64,000 nucleotides of DNA from Deltaproteobacteria bacterium (lineage in GTDB: Bacteria; Myxococcota; XYA12-FULL-58-9; JAFGEK01), in the NCBI GenBank assembly GCA_016931625.1, contig JAFGEK010000159.1, positions 566 to 64,565 on the forward strand, given 5' to 3'. The notes beneath the pieces were generated by a model. The model made no database searches. It was not told where the DNA came from and saw nothing but the letters and a program-made list of their open reading frames with translations. Numbering within the stretch: the stretch's first letter is position 1; each line of letters starts with the position of its first letter. This document shows positions 49,151 through 59,114 of the stretch, one piece after another. The translations under genes and the position numbers were made by a program.

Positions 49151-50284
49151 TCAAAAACTAGTTGATATACTAGCCTGAACCCCGCTAGGAGTACCATCAG
49201 GTAAGACTACAGGTGCGGCTACTATATCTATTCCCCATAAAATCGCGCCAATTCCAAATAAACCAGCACTAATGTATAAGCAATTATTAGTATATTCAGT
49301 ATATCTATCTGCGTCTCTATTTTTAGCAATCGCTTGTTTCTGTGTCGTGCTACCACTAATTTTATCTTTAGCGGCCTTCTTTTTAATATAGAATACCCCA
49401 CCTGTAGCTAAAGCTACTAGTGAACCCGCGGCAAAAGCAACGCTAGTCCAACGCATCTTACTCCATGGCGGTGGCCCTTTTTCTTTAATTTTTATACTTC
49501 CTGCCGGTAGAGGTGTTAAAGCCAATGTTATTTCGTCAGCAGAGGGGGTAATGGTTGTGGTTTGCTCTGGTTTGACCAAAACCTCATGTTTCACTGCATC
49601 AATATGCACAATATGTCGTCCAGGAGATGCTTGAAAAGGGCCTCGACCTTTACCGACTAAAGTACCATCTATCTGAATATCAACATCAGAATTTTCGGTA
49701 TTAATCTCGACAAATCCGGGGGTATCAATACCAAGAATGGCATAAATATTCTCGTTTATTACTTTTTGCGCAGTTTTTGTATCAGGCACTTCTACGCGAA
49801 CTTTTCGTAAGGCTGATGCACCTTCACTAGGGAATGCAATAAACATCAAACTTGCACCCGAGCCTGATTCACGCACTTGCCCAACTAAAATTTCAGCAGC
49901 ACCGATTTTCTTTCCCAAACCAGAAATACAATAAATGTCTTCTTTACAAGCCAATAATGCCGTCTGCGGAGAAGTGTTAAGTTCTTGTTGCAATGTATCA
50001 CCGACAAGAATTTTTACCACTGCGACAGAAGATGCAATACTATTAATCGATTCGCTTATCGCACGAAATACGGCGTTATTTGGTGAACCCTCTTTTAATA
50101 GCGGAAAAATCGCCACTTTCGTAAGTGCTTGGTCGCTTTCTGTCGTATTTTCATTTTGGGCATTTGTGGGTGTTTCTTGGGCAAAAATCGTAGTGCTATT
50201 GCAAACAAAAACAATTGCCAGCAATACGAAAGCTCTGCACTCACATATCAATCGCTTAAGGCGTATTAATATAATGTCTCTCAT
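49151..50284 (-). CDS. Hypothetical secreted protein with PEGA-like domain and C-terminal TM anchor
   Basis: A signal peptide is present. The PEGA-like segment is VEINTENSDVDIQIDGTLVGKGRGPFQASPGRHIVHI. The C-terminal TM segment is WTSVAFAAGSLVALATGGVFYI. Confidence 0.35.
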   Translation of the reverse strand: MRDIILIRLKRLICECRAFVLLAIVFVCNSTTIFAQETPTNAQNENTTESDQALTKVAIFPLLKEGSPNNAVFRAISESINSIASSVAVVKILVGDTLQQELNTSPQTALLACKEDIYCISGLGKKIGAAEILVGQVRESGSGASLMFIAFPSEGASALRKVRVEVPDTKTAQKVINENIYAILGIDTPGFVEINTENSDVDIQIDGTLVGKGRGPFQASPGRHIVHIDAVKHEVLVKPEQTTTITPSADEITLALTPLPAGSIKIKEKGPPPWSKMRWTSVAFAAGSLVALATGGVFYIKKKAAKDKISGSTTQKQAIAKNRDADRYTEYTNNCLYISAGLFGIGAILWGIDIVAAPVVLPDGTPSGVQASISTSF

Positions 50285-52944
50285 TAACGCACCGTGATTG
50301 GCCCGATGGCCATCGTTTTAATTATTAACGTTTTACCCGAACTTGGTAATCGCCACTTAACTGCTACATCTGTAATACATTTTTTTAGGTTTGGCGAGCG
50401 TGCTATTGCTGCGCCACCTAATCGAATATTGCTTACTGCTCCATCTGGTAAAACCATCGCTACAAACTCTATCGAATAATCGCCAGCAGTAATATCTCCT
50501 CGCCTTTTAGCTTCAAGGAAGCAAGGTTTAAATTCACGGCCTCGTTTTTTTAAGATCGCAGTAATATCATTGACTGGTTTTGCTGCTGGCCCTAAATGCA
50601 CAACATCACTGTCATTATCAAAAAGGTCTCCTAAACGTGTTGATTGCGTCGAAACATTATTAGCATCGTTAGTATTTGAAGAAGAATCGTCGGCTTTGCT
50701 CTTTGTGCTATTTGCTGCTGCTGTCATATTACGTCTTGCACCTTGACGACGAGCATATGTCCGCGGCTTAAAAACCGAACGTCTACTAGCTGCTCGCTGC
50801 GAAACTTCTGTAGCCACAGGATATTCTAAAGGTAAATCCAAGTGATCAAATGATTCGTCTGCTGCTATTGCGTCAAGACTATCATCTGATAATTCTTCAT
50901 TTTCATCTTTATTAGCTAAGGCAGCAGAACCAGATATTTCTTTTCTTTTTTGGTTACCATGATCTGCTCTATTAACTTTGTTCGTATCTTTTTTAGCTGC
51001 AATAGCTGCATTATTAGACGATGCTTTTTTCAAAAACGCTTCAAAGAATTGAGGACGCCCTTGCGACCACCAATACCACGATAAAGCAAACGCTAATGCA
51101 AATGCCACACCTGCAACAAAAGCAAAAGTTGCCCTCATACGTCGTTTTAGTTGAGCTGGTGGTTGCCAAACTGCCGGAAGTAATGATGCAGGTAACTGCT
51201 TTGATAAAAGAGCTAGTTCATTAACATTAGATGTAGATGCTTTCGCTGGTGAATTTTGGGCAATTTCTGCAGCATTGGCTAAAATTTTCTGTCTTTCTTT
51301 TGCAAGATCGACACCTAGTTGTTCTAATAATTCTTCTTGTTGTGTTAATAACGATGCACGACTCTTAATAGTATCATTGTATGTACTATCTTCAATCGTA
51401 GCTGCGCCATGTTCTTCAAGCTGACGATTAGTAAGTTTGCTGCTTTCAAGCACTTCTTTTTCACGGGTGATAAGTCTGCGAACCAAAGCTTCAACATCTT
51501 TACGGCTCTGCTCAACCGCATTCGCCCGCTTTTCTAATTCTTTTGCTCGTTCATCAAGGCGACGATGACTTTGTTCAACATTATTAGAATTAATTTCAAG
51601 CTCGCTAGCTTTGCGTTTTAGATCTTGTTGTTGCTGATCTATAATACGCAAACGTTCTTCAATATCTATAGCGCGCTCATCAAGAGATGAGGCGCGTAAT
51701 TGCAATTCTTTTTCTCTTTTTTTAAAGGATACTTCTTTATCGTCTAATTCGGATTTTCGCTTATAAATCTCAGTAGCATGGCCATCTAATTTAGCTGAAC
51801 GTTTATATAGCTCGCTTTCTTTTTGAGCAATTTCATCGATACGTTTTTCTATTTCGGTAACTTTAAGATCAAGCTCTTGACCCTGTAATTCAACCGTTTG
51901 TAATTTTTCTGCAATCTCATTTTCACGTTTTTCTATTTCAGTTTCACGGTCATCTAAATAAAACTGTTGTTCATCAAGTTCTAACTTTAATGATTCAGTT
52001 TCAGTTCTAAGGTTTTCAAAATCAAGAACGCGTTTATCAAGATCAGCTGCACGTTGCTCAATTTCGCGACGATGCATTAAAACATCTTGCTGCGCAACAA
52101 AAAGTTCAGCCTCATGATTTTCAATCTCATCTAAACGAAATGACAAATCACGATGCTGTTCTTCATTTGAATTAACTTTATCCTGTATCTCATAATCTTT
52201 ACGTTCAAGTTCTTTACGCTGAGAATCGAGTTCTGCTAATTTAGTAGAAAGATTAGATTCTTGCTCAATAACTTCTTGTCTTTTTCTATCAAGTTCAACT
52301 TGCTGGTTTTGAATTTCGGTCAGCTTAGCGTCGAGTTCTATCTCTTTTGCCTCAACTTCTTTGCGCCGGTTATCAAACTCAGCTTGCTTTTTATCAAATA
52401 CTGCTTGCTTAGCGTCTACTTCTGCCCTTTTTGTATCTAAATCTGCAAGTTTTGTATCAATTTCTGCTAATTTAGTTTCAATTTCTTCCTGTTTGGCATC
52501 AGCCTGGGAATCTTGATTATTCATCTGCGACCGCATAGTTTCGAATTCCTTCAATCCGTCGTCTATGATTTGAAGCGCTGAACGCGGTTGCCTTTCAATA
52601 TTATTATCTGAACCAGAAATATTATCAACTAAAGGTTCAGCAACTTCTGTTTCTAAATCTAACTGGTAACTATTATCTATAGGTGTATCTATTTCTTCTA
52701 TCTCTTCTACTTTTTTGATTTCTTCTATTTCCTCAAAACGCGGTTGTTCAATTAAAACTTCGTGTTTTACCCGATGTTGTAATGTATCAAGTTCATTAAA
52801 CTCTTTTGCTACCTGCAAATCTTGTTCTATTTCATCTTTTATACACGAACCTTGTGAATTAGTTTTCATTTGATCAATTGCTTCATTCAAAGAAGCTATA
52901 TCTAAATTATACTCAGTATCATTTGATTTTGTTTCTGAATTCAT
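50284..52944 (-). CDS. Large coiled-coil protein with single TM and C-terminal AgmX/PglI/TonB-C-like domain
   Basis: The start was chosen at the Met of MNSETK, preceded by a GAAGG Shine-Dalgarno; the ORF track extends to 53220 and would overlap the sulfatase-family gene. About 500 aa are heptad-rich (EIE.K..ELD repeats). A TM segment is present (FAFVAGVAFALAFALSWYWW). The C-terminal roughly 110 aa resemble the AgmX/PglI C-terminal domain. Confidence 0.4.
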   Translation of the reverse strand: MNSETKSNDTEYNLDIASLNEAIDQMKTNSQGSCIKDEIEQDLQVAKEFNELDTLQHRVKHEVLIEQPRFEEIEEIKKVEEIEEIDTPIDNSYQLDLETEVAEPLVDNISGSDNNIERQPRSALQIIDDGLKEFETMRSQMNNQDSQADAKQEEIETKLAEIDTKLADLDTKRAEVDAKQAVFDKKQAEFDNRRKEVEAKEIELDAKLTEIQNQQVELDRKRQEVIEQESNLSTKLAELDSQRKELERKDYEIQDKVNSNEEQHRDLSFRLDEIENHEAELFVAQQDVLMHRREIEQRAADLDKRVLDFENLRTETESLKLELDEQQFYLDDRETEIEKRENEIAEKLQTVELQGQELDLKVTEIEKRIDEIAQKESELYKRSAKLDGHATEIYKRKSELDDKEVSFKKREKELQLRASSLDERAIDIEERLRIIDQQQQDLKRKASELEINSNNVEQSHRRLDERAKELEKRANAVEQSRKDVEALVRRLITREKEVLESSKLTNRQLEEHGAATIEDSTYNDTIKSRASLLTQQEELLEQLGVDLAKERQKILANAAEIAQNSPAKASTSNVNELALLSKQLPASLLPAVWQPPAQLKRRMRATFAFVAGVAFALAFALSWYWWSQGRPQFFEAFLKKASSNNAAIAAKKDTNKVNRADHGNQKRKEISGSAALANKDENEELSDDSLDAIAADESFDHLDLPLEYPVATEVSQRAASRRSVFKPRTYARRQGARRNMTAAANSTKSKADDSSSNTNDANNVSTQSTRLGDLFDNDSDVVHLGPAAKPVNDITAILKKRGREFKPCFLEAKRRGDITAGDYSIEFVAMVLPDGAVSNIRLGGAAIARSPNLKKCITDVAVKWRLPSSGKTLIIKTMAIGPITVR

Positions 52945-53125
52945 CAGAACCTTCAGAGTTAGGTTGAAATACGTTGGTGCCAATACTAACCATATTAAAT
53001 AATTCCTTAAAATTTTGAACTCATAATAACCGCGCTTTTGCAAAAGGTAAACTCGACAGTGATATGTAGTTATACGATAAACCAATATTATCTGCATAAT
53101 ATGTAAAACATTTATAATTGTATAA

Positions 53126-54601
53126 TTACTGTATATAACCAAGCGATCGAAGATTATTTTCAGTATTTGTGTCAAGACGTTCTGCCATAGGTGTTGCTTT
53201 ACTACGATGATATCTAGCACGATGGGTTTTAAGTAATTTTATTAAACCACGCCATGGCTGACGTTTAGCATTATTACTGCTGTAAATATTATTAATTTCA
53301 AAAGGATCACGGTCTAAATCGAAAAACATTATTTTATCTCTATCAAAAGAAACAGATGGCAAAAGCGAGCGTTTACGTACCGTTGCGTAAAATTCTTTAG
53401 CATCGGCTGGTTCTTCGTAAATTATTTTGTATTCATAGTTACGAATCATACGGCGATGAATACCAAAATTATGAAATTCACAAATTACAAAACGCTGCGC
53501 ATCAATAAGCCGCGGACGTGCTAAATGAGCAAAAATATCTGCTCCGGGTAACTGAGAGGGAACTTTTCCATCAAAATAGCGCACTATACTTGGCATTAAG
53601 TCGATCGTTTGAAATAACCCATTATGATAAACCCCACGTGTACTCATTATAGGTGAACGAATAATTAGCGGCGCCCGCACTATTTCATCATATAAATGAT
53701 GGGCATGTAAAAATACGCCATGCTCACCAAATGCTTCACCATGGTCTGCAGTAACCATAATTGTAGCTTGGTCATATATACCCAGCTCTTTTAGCGTGGC
53801 GATAAAACGTCCAATAGCTGTATCAGCATAACGCAATGCACCATCATAAGTGGCTTTCATACGTTCGATTTGGGCTTTGGTATATTTAAATCTTTCCCAA
53901 TGAGGGCTACGAATTAGCGGTGCGGCATCCTTGCCAACATACATATTTTCGTACGGTGGTGGCGCATGGTAAGGATCATGCGGATCAATAAAAAATAACA
54001 TTAAAAAAAATGGTTGTTCCCTGTGTTTGCGTACAAACGGTATTGCTAATTCAACTACTTGATCTGCCGAAGGTAAACCGCGCCAGTGTTTTACTGTATC
54101 AGCATAAAAATCAAATCCACGACTCAAACCAAAGGCACTACCGGCATTACCATTACCCACCACCGCACCAGTAGGCACTTTTACATCACGTAGAAGCTCA
54201 GCCATGGTTACATATTCATCAGCAAGACGATCGCGATCGCGTTCAACGCCATGTTCTGAAGGAGGCAGGCCCGTAAGCATACTAGCCGTAGAGGGACGCG
54301 TCCAGTTACCGTTAACATGGTAATTTGTAAGAATAATCCCATCATCAGCTAATGCTTTAAGGTTTGGTGTAGTGTCACGATCATAGCCATAAGGTGATAA
54401 ATGATCGGGCCGCATGGCATCGACCACAATTAAAATTACCGGGCCACCATTACGTTTTATCTGTATACGTTCGGCGTATGGACGAGAAAGCCCGGTAAAA
54501 TAATCATGGGCATTATCAATGGGGGTACTTAAAACTAATAATGATAAACAAACAGCAAACATATTAATATTGATGGTCGCTTGTACAAACGCTTCTGTCA
54601 A
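53126..54601 (-). CDS. Sulfatase-family (alkaline phosphatase superfamily) protein; canonical Cys/Ser-x-P-x-R formylglycine motif not evident
   Basis: The metal-site motifs are present (LIVVDAMRPDHLSPYGY and VTADHGEAFGEHG). The aligned signature position reads WTRPSTASMLTG rather than C/S-x-P-x-R. An alternative start lies at 54562, before the signal peptide. Confidence 0.6.
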   Translation of the reverse strand: MTEAFVQATININMFAVCLSLLVLSTPIDNAHDYFTGLSRPYAERIQIKRNGGPVILIVVDAMRPDHLSPYGYDRDTTPNLKALADDGIILTNYHVNGNWTRPSTASMLTGLPPSEHGVERDRDRLADEYVTMAELLRDVKVPTGAVVGNGNAGSAFGLSRGFDFYADTVKHWRGLPSADQVVELAIPFVRKHREQPFFLMLFFIDPHDPYHAPPPYENMYVGKDAAPLIRSPHWERFKYTKAQIERMKATYDGALRYADTAIGRFIATLKELGIYDQATIMVTADHGEAFGEHGVFLHAHHLYDEIVRAPLIIRSPIMSTRGVYHNGLFQTIDLMPSIVRYFDGKVPSQLPGADIFAHLARPRLIDAQRFVICEFHNFGIHRRMIRNYEYKIIYEEPADAKEFYATVRKRSLLPSVSFDRDKIMFFDLDRDPFEINNIYSSNNAKRQPWRGLIKLLKTHRARYHRSKATPMAERLDTNTENNLRSLGYIQ

Positions 54602-54632
54602 CTAAACTGCGCATGAGAACAATTACAACTCT

Positions 54633-57500
54633 ATGCAAAAAAGCACATTGACCTCAGGCAATTGCCTGTTACGATGTGGTTCTATGTGGTCACGATTAAT
54701 TTTAATTACTGCTTTCACGTCTGCCACCTTGCCTGCCTATGCCTGGCAAGAACAATTCGGTCCCTTTGGTCCATCCTATGTGGGTCGTTTAGACTTTGTT
54801 TTTGTTGGTGCTTCACTTACCGACAATCAAGGTTTGCAAAACGGGGTGAATTGTTTAAAAAGCTCGGCCACGGCTACCGTGCGTAAAAGTGCTTTGCCGC
54901 AAAATCCCAAACTGATTGCTGCCATATTATATATCGGAGGCTCACTAATTGATGAAATCGATACACAAGGTCAACCAATACCAGATTATGATAATGATGA
55001 TGCTAATATTTTTCAACAGGGCGTAACTTTTCCAACAGACGGCATAATCTTTCACTCAGATTATATTGCCAGCACATTTCCTGATTTTGTCGCCATTGAT
55101 GCCTTAGCTGCTACTCCACGTTCGGTGCGCTTTTTACCACCTGGTGCGGCTAACGCGGTAACTGTAACTAACGACGGCATTCGTGGACCATATAGCAGCG
55201 TTTTGTTTAAATATGGGGGCCCCGAACAAGGCAATCTGGCTTTCTTTTTAACTCCTATCGATGTCACTAAAGTAATTCTCGATAATGGAGGCGTTCTTGA
55301 AGGTGATTATGAAGTTAGTGGTTTGTTAGCAGATGTTTGTCACGGCAAAGAAGTAATTTGTTCTGATGAGCCTAATGCAAAAACTTGTGCGACTAATCCC
55401 GGCTCTACTATAGATACCAATGGCGCTGCCTCGTTTGCTTTATTTTTGATGGTTGAAGATCTTAGCTTGCCACAACGTTCTATCACCGTTTTTGAAGGAC
55501 TAAGCGATATTCTTAATTATCCTAATGGGTTGCTGCATGAAACCCTTAACCTTAACAGCCCAATATCGAGCCCTGCTTCAGGAACCCTCGCTTTTTATGG
55601 TTTAGAAGGCGACCTTTTAGTGCCATTAACACCTACAGCGTTCGGACCTGGATGCGCTGGTAGCACCACCATAATTGATGAATATATACAAGTTAATGGT
55701 CATGGCGATGCCACGCCAGAAGCAGGTGGGATTTGCCTTTATGACGATGACAACCCCTATAACAACATCTTTAATGCAACGATAAATCAAGAACCTAGTA
55801 ATGGCGATGAACTGCGTTGCACACCTGATGAACCAAGCAACCCAGATATTCGTTGTTGCAAAGGCGATAGTCTTTGCGGCGTGGTAGGAGTTGATATTGA
55901 TCGCTTCAATATATCTGACGCCCTTACTCCTGGCGTCACCAAAGTTGATACCTGGTTACACTCAAGTAGTGACGAATTTTATTTAGCCGCGATGATATTA
56001 GGTATTGATGTATTTGCGCCGACCCTAAAAACCGATACGCAAATTCGGGTACTTAATGCTGACGTTAATAATAATGTACGCATTGGCACTCAAGTTATTT
56101 ACTCAATTGCCATTAGCAATACTGGTAATGTTGCGGCGACGAACGTTCGGGTAAGTATGGATGCTCCAAGTGGGGTAACTGATTTTACCGTGCAAATAAT
56201 ACCTGCTGGCGCGCAAAATTTGTCGTCAGCCACTGCTGGCAGCGCCCACACTGGCCGCATTGATGTTAATGGGTTTAGTGTTAATCCCGGCAAAGTGGCG
56301 GAAATCCGCTTTGCCGTAACTACCACCTGCCATGCTAATACCTATCTTAATGCTACCGCCCAAATTAGTGCTAATGAGATTACCGCATTTGATGTTGACG
56401 CTCCTTTGCTTGCTTTGCGTGGGCCCGGTGATGATGATAGCGATTGCCGCAACATCGATATTGATGGACCGTTTGCCTTACACGAAGACCCAACTAAAGT
56501 CCTTAGAGGTGGTGGTGGTTGTAATTCATTGACTGCTAATAACTTCTCAACCCCAGCATTAACCAGCATTTTAGTTTTATTATTCATGTTCGCTATTATA
56601 CGTCGCTTTAATCAACGAACGTTGCTTTCTATTATGTCATCCCGACGAATGTTAGTGAGGAGGGATCTTACCCACCTTCAAACCAAGATTTCTCCCTACG
56701 GTCGAAATGACAAAAGTAAAATTCGAAATAATAAAAAAAATTGCGCGTCTTTAATTACCATTACTGCCTTACTTATTTTTATATTATCATTTATTACTGC
56801 TTGCGGTAGTCGTCATAAAACACCATCTAATGACACGACTATTGATGTTATCACACCTGAGGATCCGCTGCCTGGCACGGCATGTAATTTGCCCTTAATG
56901 GTTGAAGTTATTCGTGTTGATGATTCACGTTTTTGTATTGATCGCTTCGAAGCTAGTATTGACGATGGCAACTTAGGTCAAACCCATCAGGGTTACAATG
57001 ATGACACGATAATGACTAACGATGGTTCGACTCTTGCTAAAGCAACTATCGGTATTGGCATAGCACCGCGAGCTAATGTTAGTTGGTATCAAGCGATGGC
57101 CGCCTGTGCTAATGCTGGTAAACATCTTTGCAGCACCACTGACTGGGAACGCGCCTGTCGTGCTGCTGCTGGCAATGTCTATCCATATGGCAATGTTTAT
57201 ACTGAAACCTTATGCAATGGCTTTTTTGCTTATGCTGCAGACAAACCTGCAGTAACCGGATCATTTGTTAGCTGCGTTAGTAGTATAGGTGCTTATGATA
57301 TGTCTGGCAATCTTGAAGAATGGACTGCCAGCGCTGTTGAACGTCAACCTGGTTTAACTATTTTAAATGACCGTGCGGTGCGTGGAGGTGGATATGCTGC
57401 TAACGCCAAAGCCTTGGCGTGCTCAGGCTCTGAATACCACGCACCCCCAGGCGAGGCTTTTGCAGACCGTGGTTTTCGTTGCTGTGTTGATTTGCCGTAA
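54633..57500 (+). CDS. Single 955-aa ORF: N-terminal secreted DUF11/CARDB-like repeat region, then repeat-element-encoded linker, then C-terminal lipoprotein-like segment with FGE-sulfatase (SUMF1-type) domain
   Basis: A signal peptide is present (MWSRLILITAFTSATLPAYA). A DUF11-like segment is present (IGTQVIYSIAISNTGNVAATNVRVSMDAP). A hydrophobic segment lies at aa ~640-665. Element B (56654-56733) is read in frame. A lipobox-like segment follows (ALLIFILSFITACGS). The FGE-type motifs GAYDMSGNLEEWT, RGGGYA and RGFRCC are present. No in-frame stop separates the halves, so this may be a fusion or two genes with an unrecognised start. Confidence 0.45.
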   Translation: MQKSTLTSGNCLLRCGSMWSRLILITAFTSATLPAYAWQEQFGPFGPSYVGRLDFVFVGASLTDNQGLQNGVNCLKSSATATVRKSALPQNPKLIAAILYIGGSLIDEIDTQGQPIPDYDNDDANIFQQGVTFPTDGIIFHSDYIASTFPDFVAIDALAATPRSVRFLPPGAANAVTVTNDGIRGPYSSVLFKYGGPEQGNLAFFLTPIDVTKVILDNGGVLEGDYEVSGLLADVCHGKEVICSDEPNAKTCATNPGSTIDTNGAASFALFLMVEDLSLPQRSITVFEGLSDILNYPNGLLHETLNLNSPISSPASGTLAFYGLEGDLLVPLTPTAFGPGCAGSTTIIDEYIQVNGHGDATPEAGGICLYDDDNPYNNIFNATINQEPSNGDELRCTPDEPSNPDIRCCKGDSLCGVVGVDIDRFNISDALTPGVTKVDTWLHSSSDEFYLAAMILGIDVFAPTLKTDTQIRVLNADVNNNVRIGTQVIYSIAISNTGNVAATNVRVSMDAPSGVTDFTVQIIPAGAQNLSSATAGSAHTGRIDVNGFSVNPGKVAEIRFAVTTTCHANTYLNATAQISANEITAFDVDAPLLALRGPGDDDSDCRNIDIDGPFALHEDPTKVLRGGGGCNSLTANNFSTPALTSILVLLFMFAIIRRFNQRTLLSIMSSRRMLVRRDLTHLQTKISPYGRNDKSKIRNNKKNCASLITITALLIFILSFITACGSRHKTPSNDTTIDVITPEDPLPGTACNLPLMVEVIRVDDSRFCIDRFEASIDDGNLGQTHQGYNDDTIMTNDGSTLAKATIGIGIAPRANVSWYQAMAACANAGKHLCSTTDWERACRAAAGNVYPYGNVYTETLCNGFFAYAADKPAVTGSFVSCVSSIGAYDMSGNLEEWTASAVERQPGLTILNDRAVRGGGYAANAKALACSGSEYHAPPGEAFADRGFRCCVDLP
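56654..56733 (+). repeat. Copy B of the ~79-bp dispersed element, located inside the 955-aa ORF
   Basis: Sequence: TAGTGAGGAGGGATCTTACCCACCTTCAAACCAAGATTTCTCCCTACGGTCGAAATGACAAAAGTAAAATTCGAAATAATA. The 27-mer AGATTTCTCCCTACGGTCGAAATGACA is identical to copy A. Confidence 0.7.
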
Positions 57501-57534
57501 TGTACAGCTTTTTTTAACCGTTTCATTAAAAAAA

Positions 57535-57996
57535 CTATTTAATATTTTTTTCACGCAAACGCAGCACTTCTCGTAACACTTGAGCATCATTTTGGTGACG
57601 TGGCTCATTTATCGCACTTTTAATCGCAATCAAGGTGTCTAAACTGGCCCAATTGCATGCAACATTGCCATAGCGGTCTCGGATTTTTTTCTGCCAAGCT
57701 TTTGTAAAATCGGCATCGCCGAGTTGCTGCAAAATATCGACACGGTTAGGTTCTATACCTATTTGTAAAATCTCATTAAGTTGACCGTAGCTAAGCAAAT
57801 TAGGGCTAGGAAATTCTGCAAGTGCTCGATTAGCCAGCTTTATATTTTCTTCATCAGGGTCTACCCATATGTCCATATCTTTAGTATATCTTGGTTTAGC
57901 GTGATAAATAAAAGCGAGACCTCCAACAATAAGATAACGGACATTGTGTTGCTCAAAAAGAAAAAGTAGATCTTCAAAGTCAGCTATGGTCTCCAT
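57535..57996 (-). CDS. Nucleotidyltransferase-fold protein (possible toxin/antitoxin component)
   Basis: 153 aa. The YLIVGGLAFIYHAKPRYTKDMDIWV segment resembles a nucleotidyltransferase-fold beta-strand plus catalytic Asp pair. It overlaps a 71-aa upstream partner. Confidence 0.35.
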   Translation of the reverse strand: METIADFEDLLFLFEQHNVRYLIVGGLAFIYHAKPRYTKDMDIWVDPDEENIKLANRALAEFPSPNLLSYGQLNEILQIGIEPNRVDILQQLGDADFTKAWQKKIRDRYGNVACNWASLDTLIAIKSAINEPRHQNDAQVLREVLRLREKNIK

Positions 57997-58199
57997 CGAC
58001 TCACCGGTATTTTAGCATCAGGGTGAACAGACGCAATATCACGATGTATTGCCATAAGCGCGGATAATCGCGCTTGCGGTGTTAAACTCTGCCAATACTC
58101 TAAATCCCAACGTTCAGCTTCTGCATATGATTTAGCAACATTACTAACTAGTCGCTCTTTTCTTTGTTTAGCTCGTTTTAAGAATGCTTCATCAACCAT
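57984..58199 (-). CDS. Small hypothetical partner protein (71 aa) co-transcribed with the nucleotidyltransferase-fold protein
   Basis: It overlaps the downstream gene by 13 nt. No domain was recognised. Confidence 0.3.
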   Translation of the reverse strand: MVDEAFLKRAKQRKERLVSNVAKSYAEAERWDLEYWQSLTPQARLSALMAIHRDIASVHPDAKIPVSRWRP

Positions 58200-58218
58200 A
58201 TAAAAGTATATAACTCTT

Positions 58219-58240
58219 TATCCGGTGCCAGACACCAAAA
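58219..58240. repeat. Left direct repeat TATCCGGTGCCAGACACCAAAA flanking the TA-like cassette
   Basis: It matches the composite right repeat at 59115-59166. It is followed by the tandem GACACCAAAATTC x2. Confidence 0.6.
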
Positions 58241-58353
58241 TTCAAAGACACCAAAATTCGAAAATTCGGGGATACTTTATAAGTCATAAATCGTCAAGAC
58301 TAAGGCGTTTTTCATTTGACTCTAACATTTTATTTTTTTTATCATTTTATATC

Positions 58354-58764
58354 ATGCTTGATTACTCCTCTTTGGTTAAGGCCATAAGTCAGCTTGAAAA
58401 AGCTCTTAACTTCGCAAAATCTACCGATCCTAAAAATAATGCCGAATTATTTGAGCAATTTCGCAACTCTGTCATTCAAACTTTTGAATATTCATACGAG
58501 TTATGTTTTAAACTCATACGTCGCAAATTAATGGAAAATGCTCCTACAATTGATGAAATAGCTAGTTTGTCTTTTCAAGATGTAATACGCGAAGGCGCGC
58601 GCGTTGGTATAATCGATGATCCAGAAGCCTGGTTTGACTACCGTACTGTACGCAATAAAACTAGCCATGCCTATCAAGAACCATTTGCTATTGAAGCCTT
58701 TAATATGGCACAAAAATTTCTTCCAGATGCCAAAAAAATACTAGCTCATCTAAAAACAAACTAA
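58354..58764 (+). CDS. Nucleotidyltransferase substrate-binding protein (HI0074 family)
   Basis: The start was chosen at MLDYSSL. The HI0074 signature is present (FRNSVIQTFEYSYELCFKLIRRKL). Confidence 0.65.
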   Translation: MLDYSSLVKAISQLEKALNFAKSTDPKNNAELFEQFRNSVIQTFEYSYELCFKLIRRKLMENAPTIDEIASLSFQDVIREGARVGIIDDPEAWFDYRTVRNKTSHAYQEPFAIEAFNMAQKFLPDAKKILAHLKTN

Positions 58765-58771
58765 TTTATCA

Positions 58772-59065
58772 ATGACGATATGTTTAAATCCACGCCATTA
58801 CCAAAAAGTTTTACAAATTATTAATAAGTATCGTTCACTAGGCGATTTTTATGTATTCGGCTCACGTGCTACTGGTCAGGCAAGTAAATTCTCCGATTTA
58901 GATATTCTTATTCTTGGTAAGGAATCAATAAATATAAAAAATCTTAGTGCACTCGAAAGAGATTTTTCTGAATCTTCACTACCTTTTCGTGTAGATATTG
59001 TAGACGCACACCGAGTCTCTGCATCGTTTTTAAAAACAATAATCAAAAATAAAAAAAAGATATAA
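58772..59065 (+). CDS. Nucleotidyltransferase (HI0073/MntA-like)
   Basis: The FGSRATGQASKFSDLDILI motif is present. It lies immediately downstream of the HI0074-like gene. Confidence 0.7.
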   Translation: MTICLNPRHYQKVLQIINKYRSLGDFYVFGSRATGQASKFSDLDILILGKESINIKNLSALERDFSESSLPFRVDIVDAHRVSASFLKTIIKNKKKI

Positions 59066-59114
59066 GTCCAAGTCCCTGAACAACTGGGCAACTAATTATT
59101 AGCTTTATCCCTAT

